The notes under the pieces: generated by a model
The model's input: only the letters and a program-made list of their open reading frames with translations
Told to the model about the DNA's origin: nothing
Database searches by the model: none
Program-made: the position numbers and the translations under genes
Shown: piece after piece, positions 47,916 through 57,603 of the stretch
Layout: each line of letters opens with the position of its first letter
Numbering within the stretch: position 1 is the stretch's first letter
Assembly: GCA_963727445.1 (NCBI GenBank)
Contig: CAVSGI010000006.1
Coordinates: forward strand, 160,001-224,000
Reading direction: 5' to 3'
DNA from: an uncultured delta proteobacterium
GTDB taxonomy: Bacteria; Myxococcota_A; Polyangia; Polyangiales; B10-G4
Length of the DNA stretch: 64,000 nt

Positions 47916-48947
47916 ATGGCATCGACGGACGAGCGATCCTTCACGCGCGGACTTCACGAGGTCGGCGACGGGATCTACGCCTACCTTCAACCCGATGGCT
48001 CGTGGGGCTGGGCGAACGCGGGGCTCGTCACCGACGCAGAGCAGTCGCTCCTCGTGGACACGCTCTACGGAAACGCGATGACCCAGCGCATGCTGGACGA
48101 GATGGCGCGTCGCGATCCGGCGGCTCGCGCCATCGACTTCGTGGTGAACACCCACGCCAACGGCGACCACTGCTGGGGCAATCAGCTGGTCTCGACGGCC
48201 GAGATTCTCGCGACGAAGAAGTGTGCCGACGAGATGATGGAGCTCGCGCCGCGCCTGCAGTCGACGCTGGTGAAGGTCTCCAAGATCGCGGCGCGAGGGG
48301 GGCGCCCCGCGAAGCTCCTCCTCCGCGGCCTCGGCCGCCTCGGCCTCCATCAGCTCGGCGCGGTCGGCGTGGCGGCGGACTTCGTCGCGGACATCTTCGG
48401 CGACTTCGACTTCGACGGCATCGAGCTGACCCCGCCCACTCAGACCTTCGAAGGGGAGTACGAGCTGGCAGTCGGCGACAAGCGCGTCGTCCTGATCGAG
48501 GTCGGGCCAGCGCATACGCGCGGTGACGCCATCGTCCACGTGCCCGATGACAGAGTCGTCTACACGGGTGACCTGCTCTTCGCGAACGCACACCCGATCG
48601 TGTGGGAAGGGCCGGTCGACAACTGGATTCGCGGGTGCGAGCGGATCGCGGCGATGGACGTCGACGTCGTGGTTCCAGGCCACGGTCCGCTGAGCACGGT
48701 GGAGGACCTCGAGACCGTCGCCGCCTACCTCCGCTTCGTTCGAGACGAGGCCACCGCCCGTTACGAAGCGGGGATGAGCGTCCTCGAGGCCGCCCTCGAC
48801 ATCGACCTCTCCGATTACGGCGACTGGGGCGAGCCCGAGCGCGTCGTCGTCAACGTCGAGACGATCTACGCCGAGCTCGGCGACGGCGCCCCGCGCGATC
48901 CGGTCGAGATGTTCGCGCAGATGGCGCGCTTCATGGCGCGGCGCTGA
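47916..48947 (+). CDS. Metallo-beta-lactamase-fold hydrolase (cyclase-like)
   Basis: WGWANAG, LVDT, NTHANGDHCWGN, AHTRGD, TGDLLF, VPGHG; RBS GAGGAG. Confidence 0.9.
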   Translation: MASTDERSFTRGLHEVGDGIYAYLQPDGSWGWANAGLVTDAEQSLLVDTLYGNAMTQRMLDEMARRDPAARAIDFVVNTHANGDHCWGNQLVSTAEILATKKCADEMMELAPRLQSTLVKVSKIAARGGRPAKLLLRGLGRLGLHQLGAVGVAADFVADIFGDFDFDGIELTPPTQTFEGEYELAVGDKRVVLIEVGPAHTRGDAIVHVPDDRVVYTGDLLFANAHPIVWEGPVDNWIRGCERIAAMDVDVVVPGHGPLSTVEDLETVAAYLRFVRDEATARYEAGMSVLEAALDIDLSDYGDWGEPERVVVNVETIYAELGDGAPRDPVEMFAQMARFMARR

Positions 48948-48961
48948 GCGCTGGCCCGCTG

Positions 48962-49965
48962 TCAGAGCGTGTCGCGGAGCAGCACGTCGCAGTAGTAGCG
49001 GACGCGCTCGACGATCCTGCCGTGGGGACGCTCGTGGATGTTCTTGCGGAGCGCGAGCAGGACCCGGCGCTGCATGGTGTAGTTGTTCTTGATGCGCTTC
49101 GGCGTCTTGGCGCCGGCTTCGGCGAGTGGCTCGAGCAGTGTCTCGCGTGGGTTGCCCCAGGCGCTCAGGTCCTCGTCGCTGAGCTGGCTCAGGATCTCGA
49201 TGCCGAGCTCGAGCTTCCTTTCGTCCGCGGCGAGCTCGTCGGCCCACTTGTGTACCGACGCGGCGTTGGGGCGCTTGTGTCGCTCGACGCCGATCGGATC
49301 GCCGGCGCCTTTCTTCTCGCCGTCGAAGCGCTCACCGTAGTCGACCGCTTCGGGCTCGTTCTGTAGCCCGACGAAAGCGAAGATGCGCTCCATGTGGAGC
49401 TCCGGGTCGGCGACGAGATCCTCGTAGCGCACGTGGAGCACCGGCACCGGGCGATTGCGCAAGAGGGCCGCGATCGCCGGGACGTAGCGCTCGACGACGG
49501 GGTTGTAGCGCCGGGCCTCCTCCCAGTCGCCTTCGAAGAAGCTGTTGGCGTAGGAGCTGAAGACCGCGAGGGGATGGCGGGTGAGCGCGACGTATTTGGC
49601 CTCGGGGTAGAGCTTCGTCAGGAAGGGGAGCACCAGCGCATAGGCCGGGGTCTTGTCGACGAAGCGCGACTTGTCGCTGGTGGCCAGCATGCGGCCGTAC
49701 ATGGTGTCGGTGTAGGCCCTGAGGGCGTCGAGGTAGTCCTCCTCGCCGCGGGGCAGGCCGGCCACGTACTGGCGGATGGCTTCGGCGGAGTTGATGTGGT
49801 CGTAGGGGGCGGCGTCGACGCGGTCGTGATAGCCGAGGTAGGCGAGGGGGGTGATCAGGTGCGGCTCGGGATGGGTGAAGACCTCCGAGTGTGAACCGAG
49901 CATTCGCTGCAGGAGCGTGGAGCCCGCGCGCGGGGGGAGACGACGAAGATGAGCTTGTCTTGCAT
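48962..49965 (-). CDS. PAPS-dependent sulfotransferase (1-nt deletion in G6 run at 49932-49937)
   Basis: Corrected MQDKLIFVVSPPRAGSTLLQRML; DKTP, RHPLAVFSS, RYEDLVADP. Confidence 0.9.
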
Positions 49966-50096
49966 GGCATCGTGCCCGATGAAGATCTCGCGGCTGCTCC
50001 CTGGTAGCTGGACCCTCCGGGCCCGACAAGTCAAACTTTCCGAACAGATGCGGGCGTGCTACACGCCTCGTCCCCCGTGACCTGAGGTCGCAAACG

Positions 50097-51479
50097 ATGA
50101 CCCTTCCCGTGATGAAAGACGAAGCCGAGTTTCCTCACGCTCGGCCCTCCGTGCCGCCCGAATCGCTCGAGCACCGAAACCTCCTCGAGGGTGATTTCTG
50201 GCGCCGGATCCCTGCCTTCAAAGACGTGACCGAGGAGGAGTTCCTCGATCACCGCTGGCAGATGAAGAACACGATCACCAAACCCGAGAAGCTGCTCGCG
50301 AAGGTGCAGAACCTGGTCAGCGACGCCTTCATCGAGGATTGCCGAGAGGGCTTCCGGCTCGCGCCGATGGCCGTTCGGGTGAGCCCGTACCTGCTGAGCC
50401 TCATCGACTGGGACAACCCCTGGGACGATCCGCTTCGCCTGCAGTTCATCCCGCTCGGCTCGACCCGTCTGCCGGATCACCCGAAGCTCACCCTCGACTC
50501 CCTCGCCGAGCAGGAGGATGCGCCGGTCTCCGGTCTCACCCACCGCTACCCGGACAAGGCGCTCTTCCTCGCCCTCGACACCTGCCCGGTCTACTGCCGC
50601 TTCTGCACCCGCAGCTACGCGGTGGGCCCGGATCAGGAGAACGTCGAGAAGGTCAGCCTCAAGGCGAAGAACGATCGCTGGGAGCAGGTCTTCGCCTATC
50701 TCCGGTCGCGCCCGGAGGTCGAGGACGTGGTGATCAGCGGCGGCGACAGTTGGAACCTGCGCGCCGATCAGATCGAGGCGATCGGCAACGCTCTCATCGA
50801 CATCCCGCACATCCGCCGGATGCGCTTCGCGAGCAAGGGGCCCGCGGTGATGCCTCAGAAGGTGCTCACCGACGACGCATGGGTGAAGGCCTTCGTCGGG
50901 ATCGTCGAGCGGGGGCGCAAGGAGCAGACGGACGTGATGCTCCACACGCACTTCAACAACGCGAACGAGATCACCGACATCACCCGACGCGCCATGAACC
51001 GTCTCTTCGAAAACGGCGTCGTGATCCGGAATCAGTCGGTGCTACAGCGGCGCGTCAACGACACCGCGGCGTCCATGGGCAAGCTCGTCAAGCGCCTGAG
51101 CTGGATCAACATCCACCCCTACTACGTCTACGTGCACGACCTGGTGCGCGGCACGGAGGAGCTCAGGACCCGTGTCCAGCGCGCCCTCGAGCTCGAAAAC
51201 CACGTCCGCGGGATGACCGCCGGCTTCAACACGCCGACCTTCGTCGTCGACGCTCCTGGCGGCGGCGGCAAGCGCACCGCCAGCGACTACGAAGCTTACG
51301 ACCGCACCACGGGCATCAGCGTCTACACCGCGCCCTCGGTCAAGCCCGGTCGCTTCTTCCTCTACTTCGATCCCATCGACCTGCTCCCCGAAGAGGGCCA
51401 GGCCCGCTGGGCCGACCCCGAGCAGCACCACCTGATGATCGACGAAGCGATCCAGATGGCCAAAGACGCCCCCCGCTAA
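50097..51479 (+). CDS. KamA-family radical SAM aminomutase (lysine 2,3-aminomutase-like)
   Basis: HRYPD, CPVYCRFCTR, SGGD, NQSVL, VVDAPGGGGK (PLP lysine). Confidence 0.92.
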   Translation: MTLPVMKDEAEFPHARPSVPPESLEHRNLLEGDFWRRIPAFKDVTEEEFLDHRWQMKNTITKPEKLLAKVQNLVSDAFIEDCREGFRLAPMAVRVSPYLLSLIDWDNPWDDPLRLQFIPLGSTRLPDHPKLTLDSLAEQEDAPVSGLTHRYPDKALFLALDTCPVYCRFCTRSYAVGPDQENVEKVSLKAKNDRWEQVFAYLRSRPEVEDVVISGGDSWNLRADQIEAIGNALIDIPHIRRMRFASKGPAVMPQKVLTDDAWVKAFVGIVERGRKEQTDVMLHTHFNNANEITDITRRAMNRLFENGVVIRNQSVLQRRVNDTAASMGKLVKRLSWINIHPYYVYVHDLVRGTEELRTRVQRALELENHVRGMTAGFNTPTFVVDAPGGGGKRTASDYEAYDRTTGISVYTAPSVKPGRFFLYFDPIDLLPEEGQARWADPEQHHLMIDEAIQMAKDAPR

Positions 51480-51484
51480 CAGCC

Positions 51485-51574
51485 GGGGACGCTAGATTGA
51501 CAATTGACTTTCTCGGCGACCGCGGCGCGCGCCGGCGGCTGGTGGGGGAAGTCGATTGTCAATCTAGCGTCCCC
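51485..51574. repeat. 26-bp inverted repeat (25/26 match) with 38-nt spacer
   Basis: GGGGACGCTAGATTGACAATTGACTT (51485-51510) / AAGTCGATTGTCAATCTAGCGTCCCC (51549-51574). Confidence 0.9.
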
Positions 51575-52376
51575 TGGGCCTGGACACGATGATCTGTGAT
51601 TCGCTCTCGGGGCCGAGGGCGCCGCCTTCGAAGTCGCCGTAGCGCTCGAGGAGCGTGAAGTCGTTGTAGTGGAGCAGCGCTTCGAGCTCCTGCGGGAAGA
51701 TCTGGCGATGGGCGAGGGGGGTGATGAAGAAGCCCTCGGGCTCGCCCTCGGGCTCGCCCTCGGGCTGGAAGACCATGGTGATCATCTCGATCTGCGTGAC
51801 CGGGTCGTACTCGAAGCTCTCTCCATAACGGTAGCGCCGGCCGTCTTCGGGGCGGCGCACCGGGCGGGAGCGGTAGGTCCGCTGCGGGTCGCGGCTCAGC
51901 TCGACCAGGTCCGGCAGGCGCACGTCGAACACCAGACGCCCGCGCCGGCCGAGATGCACCTTCACCGTCTTCAGAGCGCGCTCCCAGTCCTTCCGCTCGT
52001 AGAGGTGCATGAAGACGTTGAAGGGGGCGATGACGAGGGGGAAGCGGCGCTGTAGACGCAGGCGCAGCAGATCGCCCTTCTTCAGCGTCACCCGGCCCTT
52101 CACCTTTCGCGGCTCCTTTTCGAGTCGCTGCTTCGCGCGCTCCAACATCTCCGGCACCCGGTCCACGCCGACGACCTCGATGCCGCGCTTCGCGATCTCC
52201 ACCGCAACGCGACCGGTGCCGACCCCGAGCTCCAGCACCGGCCCGCCGAATCGCTCGGCGACGTCCGCGTAGAAGCGCACGTCTTCCTTGCGGCGCTTGT
52301 AAGCCGAGTCGTAGTACGCCGCGTCGATGTAGTGGGCTTCGGTTCCCGCGGCGACGCGCGGATCCTTCGAGGTCAT
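51564..52376 (-). CDS. Class I SAM-dependent methyltransferase
   Basis: DVRFY, GPVLELGVGTGRV, VGVD, GDL, YGDF. Confidence 0.9.
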   Translation of the reverse strand: MTSKDPRVAAGTEAHYIDAAYYDSAYKRRKEDVRFYADVAERFGGPVLELGVGTGRVAVEIAKRGIEVVGVDRVPEMLERAKQRLEKEPRKVKGRVTLKKGDLLRLRLQRRFPLVIAPFNVFMHLYERKDWERALKTVKVHLGRRGRLVFDVRLPDLVELSRDPQRTYRSRPVRRPEDGRRYRYGESFEYDPVTQIEMITMVFQPEGEPEGEPEGFFITPLAHRQIFPQELEALLHYNDFTLLERYGDFEGGALGPESESQIIVSRPRGR

Positions 52377-52395
52377 CGTCGAACCATCCGCGAGG

Positions 52396-52986
52396 TCACG
52401 GCACGTCCTCGCCGCGCACCTCGAACTCGCTCGGGTCGTAGACCTCGCCAGGCACGTCCAGGAAGTCCGGCATGTCGCTCAGGATGTCGCCGAGGCCCAT
52501 CCGCGAGACCTTCCAGTCGTCGCCTACCTGCACCATCGTGAACTCGACCTCCCGCTCGTAGGGCCGGCCGAGGAAGTCCCCCACCGCCGCGCCGCGCAGG
52601 ATGATGCCGCCCTCGATGTCCTCGCTCTCCGAGATCTGGAGCTCGAGGCGGCTCGTCGCCATCGTGTCCCAGACCTGCGATTTGACGGCGCGCTCCTCCT
52701 GGGTGAGCGCCGCGTCCTCTTCCTGCCGGAAGATCACCGCCTCGAGGGCGCCGTCGACCGCCAGGTCCCGGCACAGCACGTGGTCACGCTTGCGCCAGGC
52801 GTCGAGGAAGGTCTCGGCCGCGGCCTCCGGTGTGCGCGTATCGACGGGGATCTCGTGCGGGCTCGCGGGCGCTTCGGCCTCCACCTCGCCGTTCGAACCG
52901 GTCGCCATCACCGCGACCACGCCGACGGAGATCATCCCCGAGGCGAGCGCCAGGACGACGGGGGTGGACAGGCGGCGTGCGGCCAT
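52396..52986 (-). CDS. Hypothetical exported/membrane-anchored protein (NTF2-like pattern)
   Basis: N-terminal TM; TPEAAAETFLDAW...D, DDWKV. Confidence 0.6.
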   Translation of the reverse strand: MAARRLSTPVVLALASGMISVGVVAVMATGSNGEVEAEAPASPHEIPVDTRTPEAAAETFLDAWRKRDHVLCRDLAVDGALEAVIFRQEEDAALTQEERAVKSQVWDTMATSRLELQISESEDIEGGIILRGAAVGDFLGRPYEREVEFTMVQVGDDWKVSRMGLGDILSDMPDFLDVPGEVYDPSEFEVRGEDVP

Positions 52987-53055
52987 CGCGAGGAGCTATA
53001 GCAGACGCAGCGCGCTCCGGCTCAGAGACCCGCGCGCCGGCGGCCGGGACCCCGC

Positions 53056-53850
53056 CTAGCGCCGCGCGCGGAGGATCGCCTCGGCGAGCTCGGCGAAGCC
53101 CCGGCCGCGATCGCCGCGCGCGATCCACCGCGGCGCCTTCGGGAGCCTCTCCACGTGGTCCTTCACGTTCGCCACACCCACCGTCAGATCGAAGAACGAA
53201 AAGGCCGCCGCGTCGTTGCCGCTGTCTCCGACGAAGAGCCAGCGCGCCTTGGCCTCTGCCTGGCTCACGCCGAGGACGCCTTCGAGCGCGCGCACCGCCC
53301 CCTTGGCCTTGTCCCAATCGCCCATCACCGCGTGCGCGTGAACGCTCGAGACGGGCACCGGCGTCCGCCCCCCCTCGTCAACGATGATCGCGCACAGAGC
53401 GCGGAGCGTCTCTTCGTCGAGCGTCATCGTCTCGCCCACGTCGAAGGCGAGGTCCGCGCGCCGCGCGCCCTGATCGTTCGCTACCCGCACCTCGGGAAGC
53501 TCGCGCGCCACCCGCGCACGGATGCGCTCGAGCGCCTCTGCCTGCCGCGCGCGCTCCGCGTGGTCGTGGAAGTACCCCTCGGTGATCACCCCGTCGTCGC
53601 AGACAATCCAGCCCGCGCCGTTCTCGCCCACCGCCAGCGCGACCGGCCACTGGCGCGCGAAGACGTCCGCCCAACCAATCGGGCGCCCGGTCACCGCCGC
53701 GAGCGGCACGCCGGCGTCCGCGAGCCTCCACATCGCCTGGTATGCCTCGAGCTCGAGTCGACCGTGTCGCGTCACCGTGTCGTCGACGTCGAAGACCACG
53801 CCCGCGACGCCGGCGAGGAGCGCCTCTGGCGCGTCGGCGAGCGGGTCCAC
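53056..53850 (-). CDS. HAD-superfamily subclass IIB hydrolase
   Basis: FDVDDTVT, VTGR, GENGA, DK..A, FVGDSGND, GVAN. Confidence 0.9.
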   Translation of the reverse strand: MDPLADAPEALLAGVAGVVFDVDDTVTRHGRLELEAYQAMWRLADAGVPLAAVTGRPIGWADVFARQWPVALAVGENGAGWIVCDDGVITEGYFHDHAERARQAEALERIRARVARELPEVRVANDQGARRADLAFDVGETMTLDEETLRALCAIIVDEGGRTPVPVSSVHAHAVMGDWDKAKGAVRALEGVLGVSQAEAKARWLFVGDSGNDAAAFSFFDLTVGVANVKDHVERLPKAPRWIARGDRGRGFAELAEAILRARR

Positions 53851-55038
53851 TCAGTCCACCTTCAGGATGGCCATCTTCAGGTAGCGCCCCTCGGGGAATG
53901 CGGCCGGCGTCGGGTGGTCGGGCCCCTGCTGACCCGTGTAGAGCAGGGTCACCCGCCGGCGCGCGTCCTTGGCCGCGAGTCCGATGGTGCGCAGAAAACC
54001 CCCGGACTTGACCGCGCCAGAGCAGGAGCAACTCACCAAGAGGCCTCCGCGCTCGACCACTCTCAGAGCCGCCGCGTTCAAGCGCCGGTAGGCCTTCCGC
54101 CCCGACTCGAGGTGGCGCGAGGTGGGGGCGAGCTTCGGCGGATCGATGATCACCATGTCGTAGCGCTGACCCTTCTGACGGAGGTCCGGCAGCGTGCGCT
54201 TCACGTCCGCTTTCGTGAACTCGATCAGGTCGCCGTATCCGTGATGCGCGGCGAGCGTGGCGCCTGTCGCGATGGCGGGCGCAGAGCTGTCCATCGACAG
54301 GACGCTCTTCGCCCCACCGCGCGCAGCGGCGAGCGCGAATCCGCCCACGTAGCTGTACGCGTCGAGCACCGTGCGTCCTTCGGAGAGGCGCTCGACCAGC
54401 CCACGGTTGTCGCGTTGGTCGAAGTAGTATCCCGTCTTCTGCGCGATGCTCAGCGGCACTTCAATCTCGAAGCCGCGCTCGCGGAAGTTCAGCCGCTCGA
54501 CGTCCGGTCCGCGCACCACCGCCGTCTCCGACTCGAAACCCTCGAGACGTTGCATGCGCTCGGAGGCGACCTCGACGATGGTCTGCGCGCCGGTGACGCG
54601 GGCGACGTGCGCGAAGACATCCTGCTCCCGCCGCTTCATGCCGGCGGTGAGGAGCTGCACGACTGCGACGTTGCCGTAGATGTCGACGATCAAGCCGGCG
54701 AGCTCGTCTCCCTCGGCATGGATCAGCCGATAGCCGGTGGTGTCCTCGTTCGGGAGCTTCAGGATCTCCTTTCGCCATTGGGCGGCGGCCTCGAGGCGCT
54801 TGCCCAGAAAGGCTGCGTCGAGGGTGTCGTCCTCCCCGCGCGCGATGATGCGCACCGGGATGGCGCTCTTCGGCGACCAGTACCCCTTGCCGATGAACTG
54901 ACCGCGCGCGTCGATGACCGTGACCACGTCGCCGGGGCCGGGCGCTCCATCAATCTCTTCGATGGCTTGTTTGAACACCCACGGGTGGCCGGCCCAGATG
55001 GGCTGGACGTGCCCGGAGCGCAGGCGAACCTTGGCCAT
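53851..55038 (-). CDS. rlmI: RlmI-like 23S rRNA m5C methyltransferase (PUA + SAM domain)
   Basis: GHPWVF, RLIHAEGD.L.GL.VD.YG, QKTGYYFDQR, IDPPK, SCSCS, DHP, YLK. Confidence 0.88.
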   Translation of the reverse strand: MAKVRLRSGHVQPIWAGHPWVFKQAIEEIDGAPGPGDVVTVIDARGQFIGKGYWSPKSAIPVRIIARGEDDTLDAAFLGKRLEAAAQWRKEILKLPNEDTTGYRLIHAEGDELAGLIVDIYGNVAVVQLLTAGMKRREQDVFAHVARVTGAQTIVEVASERMQRLEGFESETAVVRGPDVERLNFRERGFEIEVPLSIAQKTGYYFDQRDNRGLVERLSEGRTVLDAYSYVGGFALAAARGGAKSVLSMDSSAPAIATGATLAAHHGYGDLIEFTKADVKRTLPDLRQKGQRYDMVIIDPPKLAPTSRHLESGRKAYRRLNAAALRVVERGGLLVSCSCSGAVKSGGFLRTIGLAAKDARRRVTLLYTGQQGPDHPTPAAFPEGRYLKMAILKVD

Positions 55039-55177
55039 CTCCCTGATCTGTACCACGGTGAGCGCAATCCCCGCGTGATCTTTGAAAGAGTTGGTCGAAG
55101 GTCTTGCTCTTCGGGCTCAACCCCACTAAATTTTCGCCCCTGTTCAGGCGGGCAACAAGGCCCGCGTTGGAGGCAGC

Positions 55178-55429
55178 GTGCCGAACCTCGGAATGGGTGA
55201 GCTCATAATCATCCTGATCATCGTGATGCTCATTTTCGGGGCGAGCCGCCTGCCGCAGCTCGGTGAGAGCATGGGAAAGGCCATCCGCGGGCTGAAGCGT
55301 GGCCTGAACACCGACGACGACATCGACGTCACCCCCAAGGACAAGCAGGTCGAGGAGTCTTCGAGCGCCAAGTCCCTGAAGGACGACGCCGACGTGCGGG
55401 ACGCGGAGATCGTCGAAAAGAAGGACTGA
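55178..55429 (+). CDS. tatA: Twin-arginine translocase subunit TatA
   Basis: LGMGELIIIL..LIFGASRLPQLG..GKAIRGLK; RBS GGAGG. Confidence 0.93.
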   Translation: MPNLGMGELIIILIIVMLIFGASRLPQLGESMGKAIRGLKRGLNTDDDIDVTPKDKQVEESSSAKSLKDDADVRDAEIVEKKD

Positions 55430-55457
55430 ACGCAAGTCCTCGAAATCAGGGCGAGAT

Positions 55458-56207
55458 TCAGTGGAGCGCGCGGACCACTTCCTCCGCCCCGGCGCGCCGC
55501 AGCTCCTCGGGTAGGGTGGTGGACTCGCGGAGGAGCTTCCGGTCGCTGGCGTTGAGGTGCCGCACCAGGGAGAGGGAGACGTCGAGGGGCGTGTAGGGGT
55601 TGAGGCAGAGCACCCGCTGCACCCGATAGCGCACGACCCACCGCGTCGAGCGGAAGACCCGCCGCAGGATCGTGGCCGCGATCGGCCGGCGCGAGGCGAG
55701 GCGGATGACGTCGTCTTCGGTCAGGGCCGGGTTGCCCAGGAGGATCTCGATCACGTCGGCGTGGGGGTCTCTCAGGACCCGGGCGATCAAATCGCGATCG
55801 CGCTTTCGGGCCAGCGACTTGCGCTCCCCGAGGGTCAGCGGGCGGCCGCTGCCGAAGTCCGGGACCTTGTGCTCGTCCTCCTCCTCTTCTTCGCCCTCCG
55901 CGTTCAGCCGCCGGCCGAGGAGCAACACCACGTCCCGCTGACCCCGCGACGCCGCGACGGAGAGCGCGGCCTGGCGGACGGCGTTCGCGGATTCGTCCGC
56001 CAGCGCGAGAGAGATCGAGAGCAGGAGCTGGGGGCTCGGCGGGATGCGCGTCTCGTTCAGGTTCGCGGCGATCGCCACCACATCGGCGACGATCTCGGGC
56101 GTCATCTGGGACAGCTCGTGTCGCACGTAGGTGACCCGCATCGCGACGTCGGGGATGGCCGCCACCCGCTTGGCCAACGAGGTGGCGATGTCCATCGGGT
56201 CCTGCAC
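55458..56207 (-). CDS. Hypothetical alpha-helical repeat protein
   Basis: LTLGERKSLAR, LL.NP.LTE.DV, LCLNPYTP; start uncertain. Confidence 0.7.
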   Translation of the reverse strand: MQDPMDIATSLAKRVAAIPDVAMRVTYVRHELSQMTPEIVADVVAIAANLNETRIPPSPQLLLSISLALADESANAVRQAALSVAASRGQRDVVLLLGRRLNAEGEEEEEDEHKVPDFGSGRPLTLGERKSLARKRDRDLIARVLRDPHADVIEILLGNPALTEDDVIRLASRRPIAATILRRVFRSTRWVVRYRVQRVLCLNPYTPLDVSLSLVRHLNASDRKLLRESTTLPEELRRAGAEEVVRALH

Positions 56208-56287
56208 TCCGCGAGGGTAACGCAAAACAAGCGTGTTGACGCGGCGCGTCGGCGGGGTGATAGATCGAGGGAGCCCAGGACCGACCC

Positions 56288-56779
56288 ATGGAAACCTCCG
56301 AGCCCACGGACGACCACCGCGTCGTCAAGCGATACGCGAATCGCAAGCTCTACGACACGCGCGACAGTCGCTACGTGACGCTTCAGCAGATCGCGGGCTA
56401 CGTGCGCGACGGCGAGGACGTGCGGATCATCGACAACCGCACGAAGGAGGACCTCACCGACGTCACGATGGCGCAGATCATCTACGAGGAGCAGAAGGAC
56501 GGGAAGAAGAACTCCTGGAGCGTGAAGACCCTCCGGGAGCTCATCCGCGAAGGCGGCGACCGTCTGATGACCTCCCTCAAGCAGACGCCGGCGGTGACCA
56601 AGCCCAAGGAGGCCTGGGACGAGCTCTCGCGGCTCAAGGACGCCCGGGTCCTTTCGTTGGTGAGCACGGCCAAGGGCCAGCTCCAATCCCTCGAGGCCGA
56701 GGTGGTGCGCCTCAACGCCCGGGTGCGGGAGCTCGAAGAAAAGCTGAGCGCCAAGCAGAAGAAGGAAGACGAGGACTGA
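56288..56779 (+). CDS. PhaR-type (PHA synthesis regulator) DNA-binding domain protein
   Basis: [32 protein letters not shown]-terminal coiled coil. Confidence 0.88.
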   Translation: METSEPTDDHRVVKRYANRKLYDTRDSRYVTLQQIAGYVRDGEDVRIIDNRTKEDLTDVTMAQIIYEEQKDGKKNSWSVKTLRELIREGGDRLMTSLKQTPAVTKPKEAWDELSRLKDARVLSLVSTAKGQLQSLEAEVVRLNARVRELEEKLSAKQKKEDED

Positions 56780-56888
56780 CGCGGTTCGCGTGGGCCCCCC
56801 ACCTCGGGACGTCATCGTCTCGACAGAAAAGGGAGAGCACGTCGCGAAACCCCTCGCTTTTTCAGCAGCCCCGACCGCAAATCCGGTT

Positions 56889-56915
56889 GAAATACCCTTG
56901 GCCCTCCATATGTTG
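56889..56915 (+). promoter_or_regulatory. Putative SigR/SigH-type ECF promoter
   Basis: GAAAT-N18-GTTG ending 10 nt before the sigma start codon. Confidence 0.5.
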
Positions 56916-56925
56916 TGGCGAGGCA

Positions 56926-57603
56926 ATGGGACTTTTCAGGAAGACCACCAAGAGCCCCGAGCGCGAGGCCTTCGAGCGCGAGGCCCTCGAGCACCTGGAC
57001 TCGCTGTATGGAGCGGCCCTCAGGCTGACCCGATCCGAGAGCGACGCGGAAGACCTGGTGCAGGACACGTTCCTGAGGGCCTATCGCTTCTACGACCGTT
57101 TCGAGGCCGGCACGAACATGAAGGCCTGGCTTCATCGCATCCAGACCAACACCTTCATCAACCGCTACCGGCGCAAGACCCGGGAGCGCAACGCCCTCGA
57201 TGGCGCCATCGCGCAGCCGGTGGGTGAAGGGGTGATGAGCCGAGCGGCGATGCGTGCGCTCAGCCAGCCCATCGCCACCGCCGAGCGGCCGCTCCTCGCC
57301 CGCGAGATCCAGAACGCCCTCGATACGCTCCCCGAGGACTACCGCATCATGATCCTCCTCGCCGACGTCGAGGAGCTGAGCTACCGCGAGATCGCCGACG
57401 TGGTCGGCTGCCCGATCGGCACCGTGATGTCGCGACTGCATCGCGCCCGCAAGGCGATGCAGAAGCAGCTCATCCCGCAGGCGATCAACCTCGGCATCGT
57501 CGAGGTGCCCCGCGAGAGCGAGGCGCCGGCCGAGGAGCAGGCGAACGAGGCGGTCTCCCTCGACGCGTTCCGCGCCAAGAAGGCGATGGAGGGCACGGGA
57601 TGA
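56926..57603 (+). CDS. ECF sigma factor, SigH/SigR-like
   Basis: [56 protein letters not shown]. Confidence 0.95.
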   Translation: MGLFRKTTKSPEREAFEREALEHLDSLYGAALRLTRSESDAEDLVQDTFLRAYRFYDRFEAGTNMKAWLHRIQTNTFINRYRRKTRERNALDGAIAQPVGEGVMSRAAMRALSQPIATAERPLLAREIQNALDTLPEDYRIMILLADVEELSYREIADVVGCPIGTVMSRLHRARKAMQKQLIPQAINLGIVEVPRESEAPAEEQANEAVSLDAFRAKKAMEGTG

